Assembly (NCBI RefSeq): GCF_049075655.1 | Contig: NZ_CP157522.1 | Location: forward strand, 1,056,001 to 1,120,000 | Direction of reading: 5' to 3' | DNA: 64,000 nt | Source: Methanothermococcus sp. Ax23 | Lineage (GTDB): Archaea > AGJL01 > Methanococci > Methanococcales > Methanococcaceae | In this document: piece by piece, positions 12,688 to 22,107 of the stretch | Numbering within the stretch: position 1 is the stretch's first letter | How the letters are laid out: every line of letters begins with the position of its first letter | Made by a program: the position numbers and the translations under genes | Notes under the pieces: model-generated | Databases searched by the model: none | What the model was told of the DNA's origin: nothing | The model's input: the letters and a program-made list of their open reading frames with translations, nothing else

Positions 12688-13085
12688 ATCAATTCGAATT
12701 TTATCTGCTTTCCTTCCCCTATTAGTTCTTTAAAATCCGTAGCAATGGGGCATATTTTATAATAATCCAACGAATAGTTTTTTCCAGAAGTTGTTAAAAG
12801 ATGTGGATTTATAAACAAAATTTTTCCATTCATCTTCAATGCAATATATGGATGAGCTCCGAAGGTTTCTGAAAAACCTATCAGCTTATCCACATCCTCC
12901 TTTGAGATGTAAAATTTCTCTTTTGATGTAGTTTTGCACTCAAATGCGTAAATTTTTCCTTTTTTTCCTACAATCAAATCAATACCATGACTTCCAGCAC
13001 TTCTAACCACTGCAAACCCTTTATTTTCAAACATTTTTTTGAGCTCTCTTTCAAAGTTGGAACCTTTTTTATATTTATATCCCAT
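12684..13085 (-). CDS. hjc: Holliday junction resolvase Hjc
   Basis: KGSNFERE, VVRSAGS, DLI and ECK nuclease motifs. Confidence 0.93.
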   Translation of the reverse strand: MGYKYKKGSNFERELKKMFENKGFAVVRSAGSHGIDLIVGKKGKIYAFECKTTSKEKFYISKEDVDKLIGFSETFGAHPYIALKMNGKILFINPHLLTTSGKNYSLDYYKICPIATDFKELIGEGKQIKFELI

Positions 13086-13215
13086 CAAAACAGACACCAT
13101 TTAAATAGATACCATTTAAATAAAGTTGAAATAAAATAAAAAAGGAAAATTATCGTCAATCCACATAAGATGTCATGGATAAATCATGAGTGTTCGTAGA
13201 TTGACTATACTTAAA

Positions 13216-13662
13216 TTACTCAATACTTTCAACAATCTCTTTGAATTTATTAATGTCAAGTCTTTTATATTTTTCCAATATGGAATTATATTTGCTGTCA
13301 ATTTCTTCAATATTTAATCCATCTTCTTTTTCAACTTCTTCTAAACCCTTTGAAATTAACTCCAAAGCCTTCTGCTCTGCTTCAAGCTGGTGAAATCCTT
13401 CCCTTGGACCTCCTTTTCTAAATGCCCTACATCTTCTCTTATCCCATATTGGAAATCCCCTATCTTTACAGAATATTTTATTTTTTTCAAGGTTTCTAAC
13501 AATATTCGCTATTTCATCAACAACTTCATCTTCCCCTTCGATATATGCCCCAAAACATGTTTCTTTAACTTTTATATTGTAATCCAATGAATTTAGAAAC
13601 CTAAACAATTTTGAAGGAGATGTTTTTGCATCCTCTGATAAAACTATCACTTTTGTTTTCAT
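13216..13662 (-). CDS. Methanogenesis marker protein 6-like
   Basis: VKETCFG, KDRGFPIWDKRRCRA, GGPREGFHQLEAE. Confidence 0.8.
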   Translation of the reverse strand: MKTKVIVLSEDAKTSPSKLFRFLNSLDYNIKVKETCFGAYIEGEDEVVDEIANIVRNLEKNKIFCKDRGFPIWDKRRCRAFRKGGPREGFHQLEAEQKALELISKGLEEVEKEDGLNIEEIDSKYNSILEKYKRLDINKFKEIVESIE

Positions 13663-13809
13663 GCTACCACCTATTATTTTTATATATTATATTTTTCATT
13701 TATTTTATACCTTTTCGAAGTTCCTATGTCCTCTTTTATTCTCAAGTTCTTTAGATGTTATTTTTTCAATATCATTATAAAGCATTTGGTGAGCTCATAC
13801 TCCTAAATC

Positions 13810-14880
13810 CTATTTATTCACATTAAACCATCTATAATAATTTCTCTCAACGTATTCTCTTACTTCATCAGGGTTTAATCCGTTTGCATAGGAGTATATC
13901 GAAATTCCCCCAGCTCCTACGCCCTCTTTTACAGAACCTTTGCAGTATGATTTTAAACCATCGAGCTCCGATTTATCGTAGTTAAATTTTGATGCAAATA
14001 TTGGGACATTCTCATTTATTTGTTCAACAATCCCCTTCAAATCTGCATTTTTATCATTTAAGACAAATTCAGTTGTTCCTATTGATATTAATCCTGACTT
14101 TAATATATTTTCTTTTTTATAGTTTTTATCTATTTCGCCTATCACGGAAAGCACAGAAGCCATCTGAGTTCCTCCCGCCAATATGACAGGTCTCCCCCGT
14201 TTAGCTGATGAGAACGCCATTCCTGCAACAACAGGCATCATCTTGTCCCCAACTGCATTTAAAACATCAAATACATCCTTTGATTTTGCATATTTTAAAC
14301 CATTTTCAACAACATTCAACTTTAATTCCTTTGGATTTTCAACAGAGCCGGAGCTTATTTTATCCTTTGCATCGTATCCCAATCCCAACAATACTCCCAA
14401 AGCCGTGGTAGTTCCACCAGGGACACTTTCACCGATTATAAGGGTATCACATGTTAAATTTTTTCCGATAATCTCCCCCATTTTAAATAACTCTTTTGAG
14501 TTGTCCATCGCCTTACCTTTATAAATATCCCCCGTCGATTTGTCATCAACGGAGATATATGGTATTTTTGGTTTTACAGCACTTCCAGCATCTATTGTTA
14601 AAACAGGAATGTCCTTTAAATCAACATTTGCTCTTGTTATGGTGGCTGGGCTTGGGCATCCTGTGGCATCTATCGGCGGTGTTGAAATGGATAGACTTTT
14701 GCCCAATACCACGAGCTCCATATCTGCGGCTGGCGTGTATTCAATCACTTTTTTATTAACTCCTGATATTGGGATGTATTTTGTAGTTTCTATTGACGAA
14801 ATTACACAGGAAAATTGGACGTTTTTATTTTTTATCTTATCTAAAAATCCATCGTTATCATTTACAGAGATTATTGACAT
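13810..14880 (-). CDS. cobT: Archaeal nicotinate-mononucleotide-dependent phosphoribosyltransferase (CobT-like)
   Basis: TPAADME, GESVPGGTTTALGVL, LAGGTQM, VKEGVGAGG. Confidence 0.85.
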   Translation of the reverse strand: MSIISVNDNDGFLDKIKNKNVQFSCVISSIETTKYIPISGVNKKVIEYTPAADMELVVLGKSLSISTPPIDATGCPSPATITRANVDLKDIPVLTIDAGSAVKPKIPYISVDDKSTGDIYKGKAMDNSKELFKMGEIIGKNLTCDTLIIGESVPGGTTTALGVLLGLGYDAKDKISSGSVENPKELKLNVVENGLKYAKSKDVFDVLNAVGDKMMPVVAGMAFSSAKRGRPVILAGGTQMASVLSVIGEIDKNYKKENILKSGLISIGTTEFVLNDKNADLKGIVEQINENVPIFASKFNYDKSELDGLKSYCKGSVKEGVGAGGISIYSYANGLNPDEVREYVERNYYRWFNVNK

Positions 14881-14910
14881 GACATACACCTTTTTATGGG
14901 CAATAAATAT

Positions 14911-15262
14911 TTAGCAAGCGATTTCCATTTCACCTTCATTTAATCCATTGTAATTTAAACCTTTTATGGTAGATTCTCTAACTATCTCTTTATTTCTTTT
15001 TAATACTTCCAATTTCATATTTAATTTAATTACATCCTTTGTTATTTTAATTACAAGCTTCAAATTTAATTAAATTTTTTAATAAATCGTATTTATCAAC
15101 TTTGAATATCTTTGAAGCGTCCAATATCTCTATCCCTACAATATCTTTGCTGTCAAAATCCAATAAAACATTATCTAAATCAATAGTTATTTTTGATTTT
15201 GCACCTTTTTTATATATAAATAAGTCATCATTTTCAAAATCATAATCAACACTAACAGTCAT
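14911..15262 (-). pseudogene. DUF2283-like protein, frameshifted near 15058
   Basis: DYDFENDDLF...IVGIEILDASK; after one extra base the frame continues VIKITKDVIK...EIAC* to 14911. Confidence 0.7.
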
Positions 15263-15873
15263 TATTTTTCCCTCCGTTTCCTATTTTGTGGATATATTGT
15301 GATTAAATTAATAGACAATGGTTCTACTGATTTTATCTAATGTCGGCGGGAAGACCCTTCCGTAAGGGATTGAATAAAAATCCTGAAGGGATTTTTATAG
15401 CCCTCCACTTCGCTACGGGGGATGAGAGCCGACAAAAAATATAAATATTATGACGTAATAAAATAAACATATAAATGGGCGAAAACCAAGCTCATTCTAC
15501 ACTATTTTCATGCACCTGCGGAAGGCGGGGGTGAGCCTGTGGAGAAGTGAGCCCCTACCTAGGTAGTTAATAACTACTGGTGATGGCAAGCTCGTTCAGT
15601 GAAGCAGGAAGCCCCTTCCGTAAGGAAGGGGCACTTCACACTAATAACTACTACAATATCATGCTCCTCGCTGTTCTCATAATATACTTTAAATTTTCCA
15701 TCCTTTTGTTTTAGTATTCCCACGGGTTTATTTTCAGTTATGATTTTAAGTATTTCTTCTTCATCAGGTAAATCCTCTTCCCTAAGTTCCAATCTTGTTT
15801 CATAGTGTTTAGTTTTATTAAAATTCTTCTTTTTAGAAGTAAATAGATAAGATAATACCTCATCAATATCCAT
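15262..15873 (-). pseudogene. Small nuclease/toxin-like gene (DUF4258-like) interrupted by a MITE
   Basis: Removing 15337-15639 restores ...HDIVVVISIKSVEPLSINLITIYPQNRKRREK*, whose TAA overlaps the ATG of the DUF2283-like gene. Confidence 0.75.
15337..15639 (+). mobile_element. Non-autonomous IS200/IS605-family (tnpB-derived) MITE, 303 bp
   Basis: Inserted 3' of TTTAT with no target duplication; left end GTCGGC...GCCGAC; right end GAAGCAGGAAGCCCCTTCCGTAAGGAAGGGGCACTTCAC; remnant of a TnpB C-terminus (PAEGGGEPVE). Confidence 0.88.
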
Positions 15874-15931
15874 CCTTTCACCATAAACCGGAGCTCCTAT
15901 ACCAACCTAAAAATAAAATATTAAATTATAT

Positions 15932-17098
15932 TTATAAATCAATATCCTCATCCTCATCTAAATACAATCTATACTGCTCTATATCGTCGCCTAATTTATT
16001 TACAATTGCCCTTGCAACTCTTCCAGGGTCTCTTGATTTTGTAATTCCCCTTCCAACAACTAAAATATCGTATTTGGTTTTTAATTCATCAATGTTATCT
16101 ATTGAAACTCCGCCGGCAACTCCCAATATTAATTTTTTGTCATCGTCCGCATTCGTGTTTGTATTGACTATATTTAACCTATTCCTATTAAATGTTTCTT
16201 CATCAATTCCCCTATGCACCATTAAAACATCCGGTTTTAGTTCCAAGGAGTTGTATAATTTTAAAGGGTCGTCAATGTTTATGGTATCCAAATAACTCAT
16301 TATTCCGCATTTTTCACATTCATGAATACCTTTTAAAATTGTGGCTTTTGGGGCAATACCACTTAAAACCACAGCATTTGCCGTGCATTCAAAAGCCATT
16401 CTAACTTCTATTCTACCTGTATCAAGTGTTTTTAAATCTGCAACTATGTATCCATCGTAGAGCTCCCTTATATGTTCTATAACTTCGATGCCGTATTTTT
16501 TAATAAGTGGTGTTCCTGCTTCAATTATTATCCTATCGCTTTTTGGAAGGGAATCAATTATAAATTCCATATTTTCAATTGTTGGAACATCAAGGGCAAC
16601 CTGTAAATATGGTGGTCTTTCCAATCTTATGTCTCTGAATCCCACCAATGGATGTAGAGCTCTGTATTTTTCCTTTTTTATTTTTTCTTTTGATGGGTAT
16701 TCATTCAGAGCTCTGGTGATGGCAAGTTTTGTTGCACCATAGTAGTAATGAAACAGCTTTCTTTTATTTAGTGTGGTATATGGAATATCTGGGACAGAAA
16801 CAGTAATTACTGCCTTTAAGTCTTCGTCAAGGTCTAAATCTGCAATTGCCTTTGCTACGCCGTATTGAATTACTCCATGTAGGAGCTCATCCTGAATTTC
16901 ATTGTTTAGGTTATGTCTTGGAACAACAATTGATAATGGTTTTACGATTAAATTATCCCTTAGATTTGCAAATATTGGAGATGGAGTTCTCGTAAGTGCG
17001 TTTGTAAATGCAATATCTATTTCATTCCCTTTTCCAATAATTACATTAACAATGGCATTTATATCCTTCCCAAGGACTGCTTCACCAAATTTTATCAT
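15932..17098 (-). CDS. Fae-like/3-hexulose-6-phosphate synthase fusion protein
   Basis: N-terminal FGEA... Fae-like domain; C-terminal LQVALD, EAGTPLIK, ADLKTLDTG, VAGG HPS barrel. Confidence 0.82.
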   Translation of the reverse strand: MIKFGEAVLGKDINAIVNVIIGKGNEIDIAFTNALTRTPSPIFANLRDNLIVKPLSIVVPRHNLNNEIQDELLHGVIQYGVAKAIADLDLDEDLKAVITVSVPDIPYTTLNKRKLFHYYYGATKLAITRALNEYPSKEKIKKEKYRALHPLVGFRDIRLERPPYLQVALDVPTIENMEFIIDSLPKSDRIIIEAGTPLIKKYGIEVIEHIRELYDGYIVADLKTLDTGRIEVRMAFECTANAVVLSGIAPKATILKGIHECEKCGIMSYLDTINIDDPLKLYNSLELKPDVLMVHRGIDEETFNRNRLNIVNTNTNADDDKKLILGVAGGVSIDNIDELKTKYDILVVGRGITKSRDPGRVARAIVNKLGDDIEQYRLYLDEDEDIDL

Positions 17099-17145
17099 AA
17101 TATCCTCAAATTAATCTTTTATTTTTTATTTTTTATCTTTTATTT

Positions 17146-18074
17146 TAGTGTGGGTCATATTACACTCTAACCTCTAATACCTTCATATAAGGATAACCTC
17201 TGGTAATGAGATTATATAGTGCTAAAACCTGTGCAGAAACTACTGCACAGAGACAGAATACTTTTTTACGAATATAACCTTTGATATTAATCCAAAACTT
17301 ATTCATAAATCGGTTCTTTAATATTGAATTGGTGTGCTCTATTTTAACTCTTATCTTAGAAACTTCCGAAGGAAGTTTCTTTTTATTTTTCCTACCCAAT
17401 CTCCGTGGATTATGTGCTGTTATTAGTTCATTTTTGTATAATTCTATCGCTTTTTTTTAAATCTTTTGAATCATAGCCTGCATCTGCACAGGACTTTTTG
17501 GTAGGTACTAATAATTTATCAGCTACTTTACAATCGTGAGTATTTGCTGTGGTAAATTCTGCTCTTAATGGTATTCCTAACTTATCTACTGCTAAATGTA
17601 ATTTAAAGCCTTTAAACATTCCTACACTGTTATATCCTATCTTTCCCTCAATATCTGTTTCGTCTTTTATTGGAGTGCTATCGTATATTGACCATTCAGG
17701 ATTATTTAGTTCAATATATTTATCACCTAATAAAGTAATTATTGCATGCAATTCTTCATCTAGGGATTTTTTCCATCTATCGATGGTTCTTCTACCAGGG
17801 CAGGATTTAAATCCTAATGCAGTTAAAATCTGTGGATTATTTTGTAAGTGTAATACTAACGCTCTATTTGAATGTATGCCTTTTAAAAAGGCATACACTA
17901 ATAGTTTAAGCCTCAACTCTAAATTATATCCTTTTCTCCCTACCTTTCTTCGTTTAGGGATTCGGTCAATTAAATCTGATGTAATTATCTCATTTACCAC
18001 TTCCTCAGCCTTCATATTATCGTCTTTTTTATAATATTATATTTAGTATAGGTTATATATTTTGACCCATACTA
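17146..18074 (-). mobile_element. IS5/IS1182-like DDE insertion sequence (~929 bp)
   Basis: TIRs TAGTGTGGGTCATAT / TAGTATGGGTCAAAT; 14-bp flanking direct repeat TTTATCTTTTATTT; transposase inside. Confidence 0.85.
17160..18015 (-). CDS. DDE transposase split by a +1 frameshift at A8 (17451-17458)
   Basis: YDSTP, GFKLHL and ADAGYDS in ORF1; RVKIEH in ORF2. Confidence 0.8.
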
Positions 18075-18168
18075 TTTATCTTTTATTTTATTTTTTATAA
18101 TTTTTTTATAAATCATGTCTCTTTATTGGTTTTACCTTTTTCTATTTTTATTTTTTATTATTTTATCG

Positions 18169-18444
18169 TTATTCAAAAGTCTTTTTTAATGGCTCTAAAT
18201 GTGTAGATAGTGTGTTAATTACATCATTTAGCTTTTCAAAGATTGACTCTTTATCTACCTTATTTGAACTAATGAATTTGTTTAAATCAACAATATAGGA
18301 AGTTTCTGCAATTATATAATTTAAATCATGATTAACCTTTACACTTCCAAACATGGGCACTTTAAACATGTTTTTAAAATCCGTATGATACATTTTTATA
18401 ATATCCTCAGGCTCTACAACTTCATTTTTAATTATTGCCTGCAT
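18169..18444 (-). pseudogene. Hypothetical protein, probably the 3' part of a gene interrupted by the tnpB element
   Basis: ATG lies 2 nt from the element's right end with no RBS; a decayed in-frame upstream portion appears beyond 19906. Confidence 0.45.
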
Positions 18445-18480
18445 TCTGACCTACTCCCACGACTAAAGTCGTGGGGTTCT

Positions 18481-19742
18481 TTAGCAGGGTCTAACCCTAC
18501 ATGGGTTGCCAAGCCCACTACCCCTATCTCCGTTTAGGAGATTCAGGGCTACCTTATGCGATACTTTTTTTAAAATATTCAAAGCCCCGTTAATGTCTGC
18601 ATTCAAAACCATGCCACACTCACTACACACATACAAACCCCTATACTTCCTATTACTCTTTTTAACTACACCACAATTACTGCAAGTTTGAGAAGTATAA
18701 GCTTCATTAACCTGTTCTACTGTTAATCCCTTTTCCTCTGCCTTATATGTTATCATACTTACTAACCTACCAAAAGGTATTCTATGCAATTGCTGATTAA
18801 CCCTATCTCCAATGTCAATACTTGAAATGCCTTTGTTTAACTCGCCGATTACAATCCTTGAAACTTTGTTATCCACTGCAAAATCGATAATCATTTTACT
18901 TATTTTATGTAGATAATCCTTAGTATAATTCTTTTCCCTTACTGTTAAGCGGGATAATCGTTTATTATATTTTAACTCTTGCTTTGTTAGGGTAGATTGG
19001 ATTTTTCCTTTACTTTTAGCAAACCATCGGAATTTAGAAATTAACCTTCTTCCATCGTAGATTACTGCACTGCCCGTATTGGTTACTACTGTTGCTAAAT
19101 TCTTAATTCCTAAATCAATACTTAGTATATTACCTTCTTTGATAGGTTCTTGAATTACTGGTTTCTTATGGATTAAGTGAAGTATGTAGTAGGTTATCCC
19201 ATAGATGGTCTGCGGAACTATCTCAACTTCTTTAACCTGCATGGTATCAAGCGGTAGAGTTTTCGATAAATCTACCCATAAGTACTTGGACTTGATACCA
19301 TGCTTCTCTTTGAGATAGTTTTTAGTTTGTTTAGATAATGATAACCTTAACTTATTGCCTATGATTTTGAAACCTTGCTTCTTCCATTTTACGGGAAAGT
19401 GTCCATCTTTTGGTTGGTATCGTGGTCTTTTAGTGTGCTGTTTGAAGTAGTTTTGCCATGCAATCGCTTGCGTAGCAAGCGAGCAACGAAAACCGAAGGT
19501 TTTCGTCTAATTTGAAGTTTTTGACATACTGCCTGTGCTGACTGTGAGTGCAGGTTTTTAAACCAGAAGTTGTTCTTCATTTGAACATCTATTTTATTTG
19601 GTTTAATATTTCGCTGTATTACTTCGTAGTTGGATGTATTCCAGAGTTTTGATGCTGAATAGGTTAAATGGTTTATGATTGTTAATTGTTCATTATTTAA
19701 ACTTCTGGTTAGGTTTATTGTCAGCACTCTGGTTACTTGCAT
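18481..19742 (-). pseudogene. tnpB: RNA-guided endonuclease TnpB, frameshifted by a 47-nt hairpin insertion
   Basis: RuvC IDLG, GEL and NADINGALNI motifs; Zn finger CSNCG/CSECG; deleting 19462-19508 gives a continuous frame KLQIAWQNYFKQ. Confidence 0.92.
19462..19508 (-). repeat. 47-nt double-hairpin micro-element inside tnpB
   Basis: AG-ACGAAAACC-TTC-GGTTTTCGT-TGC-TCGCTTGC-TAC-GCAAGCGA-TT. Confidence 0.9.
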
Positions 19743-20192
19743 GGAATTCACCAAATTTATATATGCCATTATTCTAATTACACTCATATTATGTAGTGAA
19801 GTATATAAAAAAATGATGTCCGCCTATCATCCAATCTCATAAGAGATTTTACAAAACCTTGTTTTGTATAACGATTAAAATCGTTGGCTTTCTCGGCGGT
19901 TTATCGTAAAAAATTAATTTCTTTGAAATTTTATGTCACCATACGCTTCGCACACTATAATTTAGAATATCTCTAATATTCATTTTTCCGAATAAGACTC
20001 AGCTTATATATTCCATCCTATGAATTGAGAATATTTTTTTATTAATGTTAATAAATTTGACGAAAATAATAACGTATATATAATACTATTTATTTATTCC
20101 GTAATATATGATATTATTTAATATTACACTGTTGCAACATGTGCATGTCTTTTCATTATATACTTGATGTTATTTATAAAACTGGTGGTTGT

Positions 20193-20603
20193 ATGGCTGA
20201 AAGAATAACCATGACTATTCAAAAAAGTCTTTTGAAAGACTTAGAGGACGTCATTAAGGAATCAAATAAATCAAGGTCTGAGGTAATTAGAGATGCATTA
20301 ATTGAGTATATAAAAAAATATGAGTGGCTTCATCAAATAGGTTCAAGAGCTGGAGAAATCACCCTAATATATCCATTAAATGTCCATAAAAAAGTTTTGG
20401 ATGTTGAGCAGGGGTATAGGAATATTATAGTAACCTCAATTAATTACATTATAAATAACGAATTTTTAAGAGTAATGGTTTTAAAAGGTCCAAAGGAAGA
20501 AATTATTAAATTAACAGAGAATCTAAAAAGTATCAATGATATAAAATATGCGAAATTGGCAACAGTGGGTTTTGAAAATAAGAATAAAAATAAAAAATCA
20601 TAA
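20193..20603 (+). CDS. NikR-like ribbon-helix-helix regulator lacking the canonical Ni ligands
   Basis: RITMTI...SRSEVIRDAL RHH domain plus a NikR-type C-terminal domain. Confidence 0.8.
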   Translation: MAERITMTIQKSLLKDLEDVIKESNKSRSEVIRDALIEYIKKYEWLHQIGSRAGEITLIYPLNVHKKVLDVEQGYRNIIVTSINYIINNEFLRVMVLKGPKEEIIKLTENLKSINDIKYAKLATVGFENKNKNKKS

Positions 20604-20788
20604 ATTAGGCGCAAACATTTATTTGTGGGCCAATACCATAACATACTCTAACTACCAATGATTAAAACTCTTTATTTTTATAAAAACATAATCTATATAT
20701 ACCAATAAACTTTTATAATTATATTCATTAAATATATAAAAATATAACTATGTAATGGTAATGCATAAAATTTTTCAAAGGTGAGGGA

Positions 20789-21205
20789 ATGCACATATCC
20801 GGCGCACAGGGGAAGACTTTGGTTCCTGAATATAAAGATGGTTTAGTTATATTAACACTAACAAATGAAGATAATGAAGAAATAGAATCTGTAAATATGG
20901 ATGAAGAAACCACATCATTATTAATAACTCTATTAAACAGTGGTGTAATAACCGCAGAAAATATAAACAAAAAATTCAAAAGAGAGGGCGTAAAATTACA
21001 GAAAATACAAGATGTTGGAACTTGTTTTGCAAATGAAAGCAGTAGAATTTCGATAGCAATACTTCCAGCAGATGAAAGAAGAACTGCATCTATATTGGTG
21101 GGATTCCACAAAGAAGATAGGCACTCCTCAATAATCGTAAAACCAAAGAGAGCTGCTTATTTGAGTATGATATTAACAAAAATTATTATTTCGAATATTG
21201 AATAA
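20789..21205 (+). CDS. Hypothetical protein
   Basis: GGTGAGG RBS; 138-aa ORF with normal composition. Confidence 0.7.
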   Translation: MHISGAQGKTLVPEYKDGLVILTLTNEDNEEIESVNMDEETTSLLITLLNSGVITAENINKKFKREGVKLQKIQDVGTCFANESSRISIAILPADERRTASILVGFHKEDRHSSIIVKPKRAAYLSMILTKIIISNIE

Positions 21206-21367
21206 GCAAATAATTTAACTATTTTTCTCTTTTTAATATTGACATATTTTTTATGTTTTTAATATTATAATCCAAAAATTTAAATACATAACATTAATTT
21301 TTTTAATGATAATGTTTATATAATCTAATACATAATATAAAGATTAATTATTTAGACGGTGATTTTT

Positions 21368-22072
21368 ATGCTCGGTGTTTGTATGCGTTCAAAGTTGAAG
21401 GAAATGCCCTGGCATTCATTGGTTGAAAATTCGGTTCGAAATCCTACTGATGTAAATTTCAAATACATTGACTGGGGACTTCATTACTATCCAAAAATAA
21501 TAAAAAACGAATTTATCGTAGGATTCCACGCACCAATAATTGATTTAGGAAATCCAAAAGATAAAAATAAAACCTGTTTAATAGCTTTAAAAAATATAAT
21601 TGATGAAATAAAAGGATATGATTATCTAACAATTCATTTGCACAATGGAAGAGAACCTGATAAGGATACATTGATAAATAATTTATTAGAAATAAGCAAT
21701 TATGCAAAAAGGAACAATATAACGTTATGTATTGAAAATTTAAGGACAGGATTTTCATCAAACCCCAACAATGTAGTTGAAATGGCAGATATTTGCGACT
21801 GCAACATAACTTTTGATATCGGTCATGTGGGCTATAATGATAGGGAGGAATTCATTGATTTGTTTTCCGACAGGATATATAACGTTCATGTGTATGAGCT
21901 CGAAAAGGATAACATAGGGCATATTGCACCGGATAATCTGGATAATTTAAGACCAATTTTGGACAAACTATTAGACAATAAATGTGATTTCTGGCTCATT
22001 GAACTTATGAAACTGGATGAAATCATACATACAAAAAATCTGTTGAAAAATTATTTAAATGACCACAAATAA
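21368..22072 (+). CDS. Sugar-phosphate isomerase/epimerase-like TIM barrel (AP endonuclease 2 family)
   Basis: FHAP, IHLH, IENL, FDIGH, NVHV and HIAP metal-binding motifs. Confidence 0.82.
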   Translation: MLGVCMRSKLKEMPWHSLVENSVRNPTDVNFKYIDWGLHYYPKIIKNEFIVGFHAPIIDLGNPKDKNKTCLIALKNIIDEIKGYDYLTIHLHNGREPDKDTLINNLLEISNYAKRNNITLCIENLRTGFSSNPNNVVEMADICDCNITFDIGHVGYNDREEFIDLFSDRIYNVHVYELEKDNIGHIAPDNLDNLRPILDKLLDNKCDFWLIELMKLDEIIHTKNLLKNYLNDHK

Positions 22073-22107
22073 GATACTTAAAAATATAGAAATATAATGG
22101 TGAAATC

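Larger units (their letters stand above)
18446..19905 (-). mobile_element. IS200/IS605 family, IS1341-type (tnpB only) element
   Basis: Left end follows TTTAC (CCGCC...GGCGG with CCAACGATTTTAATCGTT hairpin); right end CCCACGACTTTAGTCGTGGGAGTAGGTCAG; boundaries +/-1 nt. Confidence 0.88.

Noticed and set aside
13706-13798. Short broken ORF between cobT and the marker-6 gene (minus strand)
   Set aside because: Too short and frameshifted to assign; possibly a gene remnant.
15569-15579. TAATAACTACT inside the MITE equals part of the right flank (15642-15652)
   Set aside because: An 11-nt AT-rich match that is also part of a local hairpin; chance cannot be excluded.
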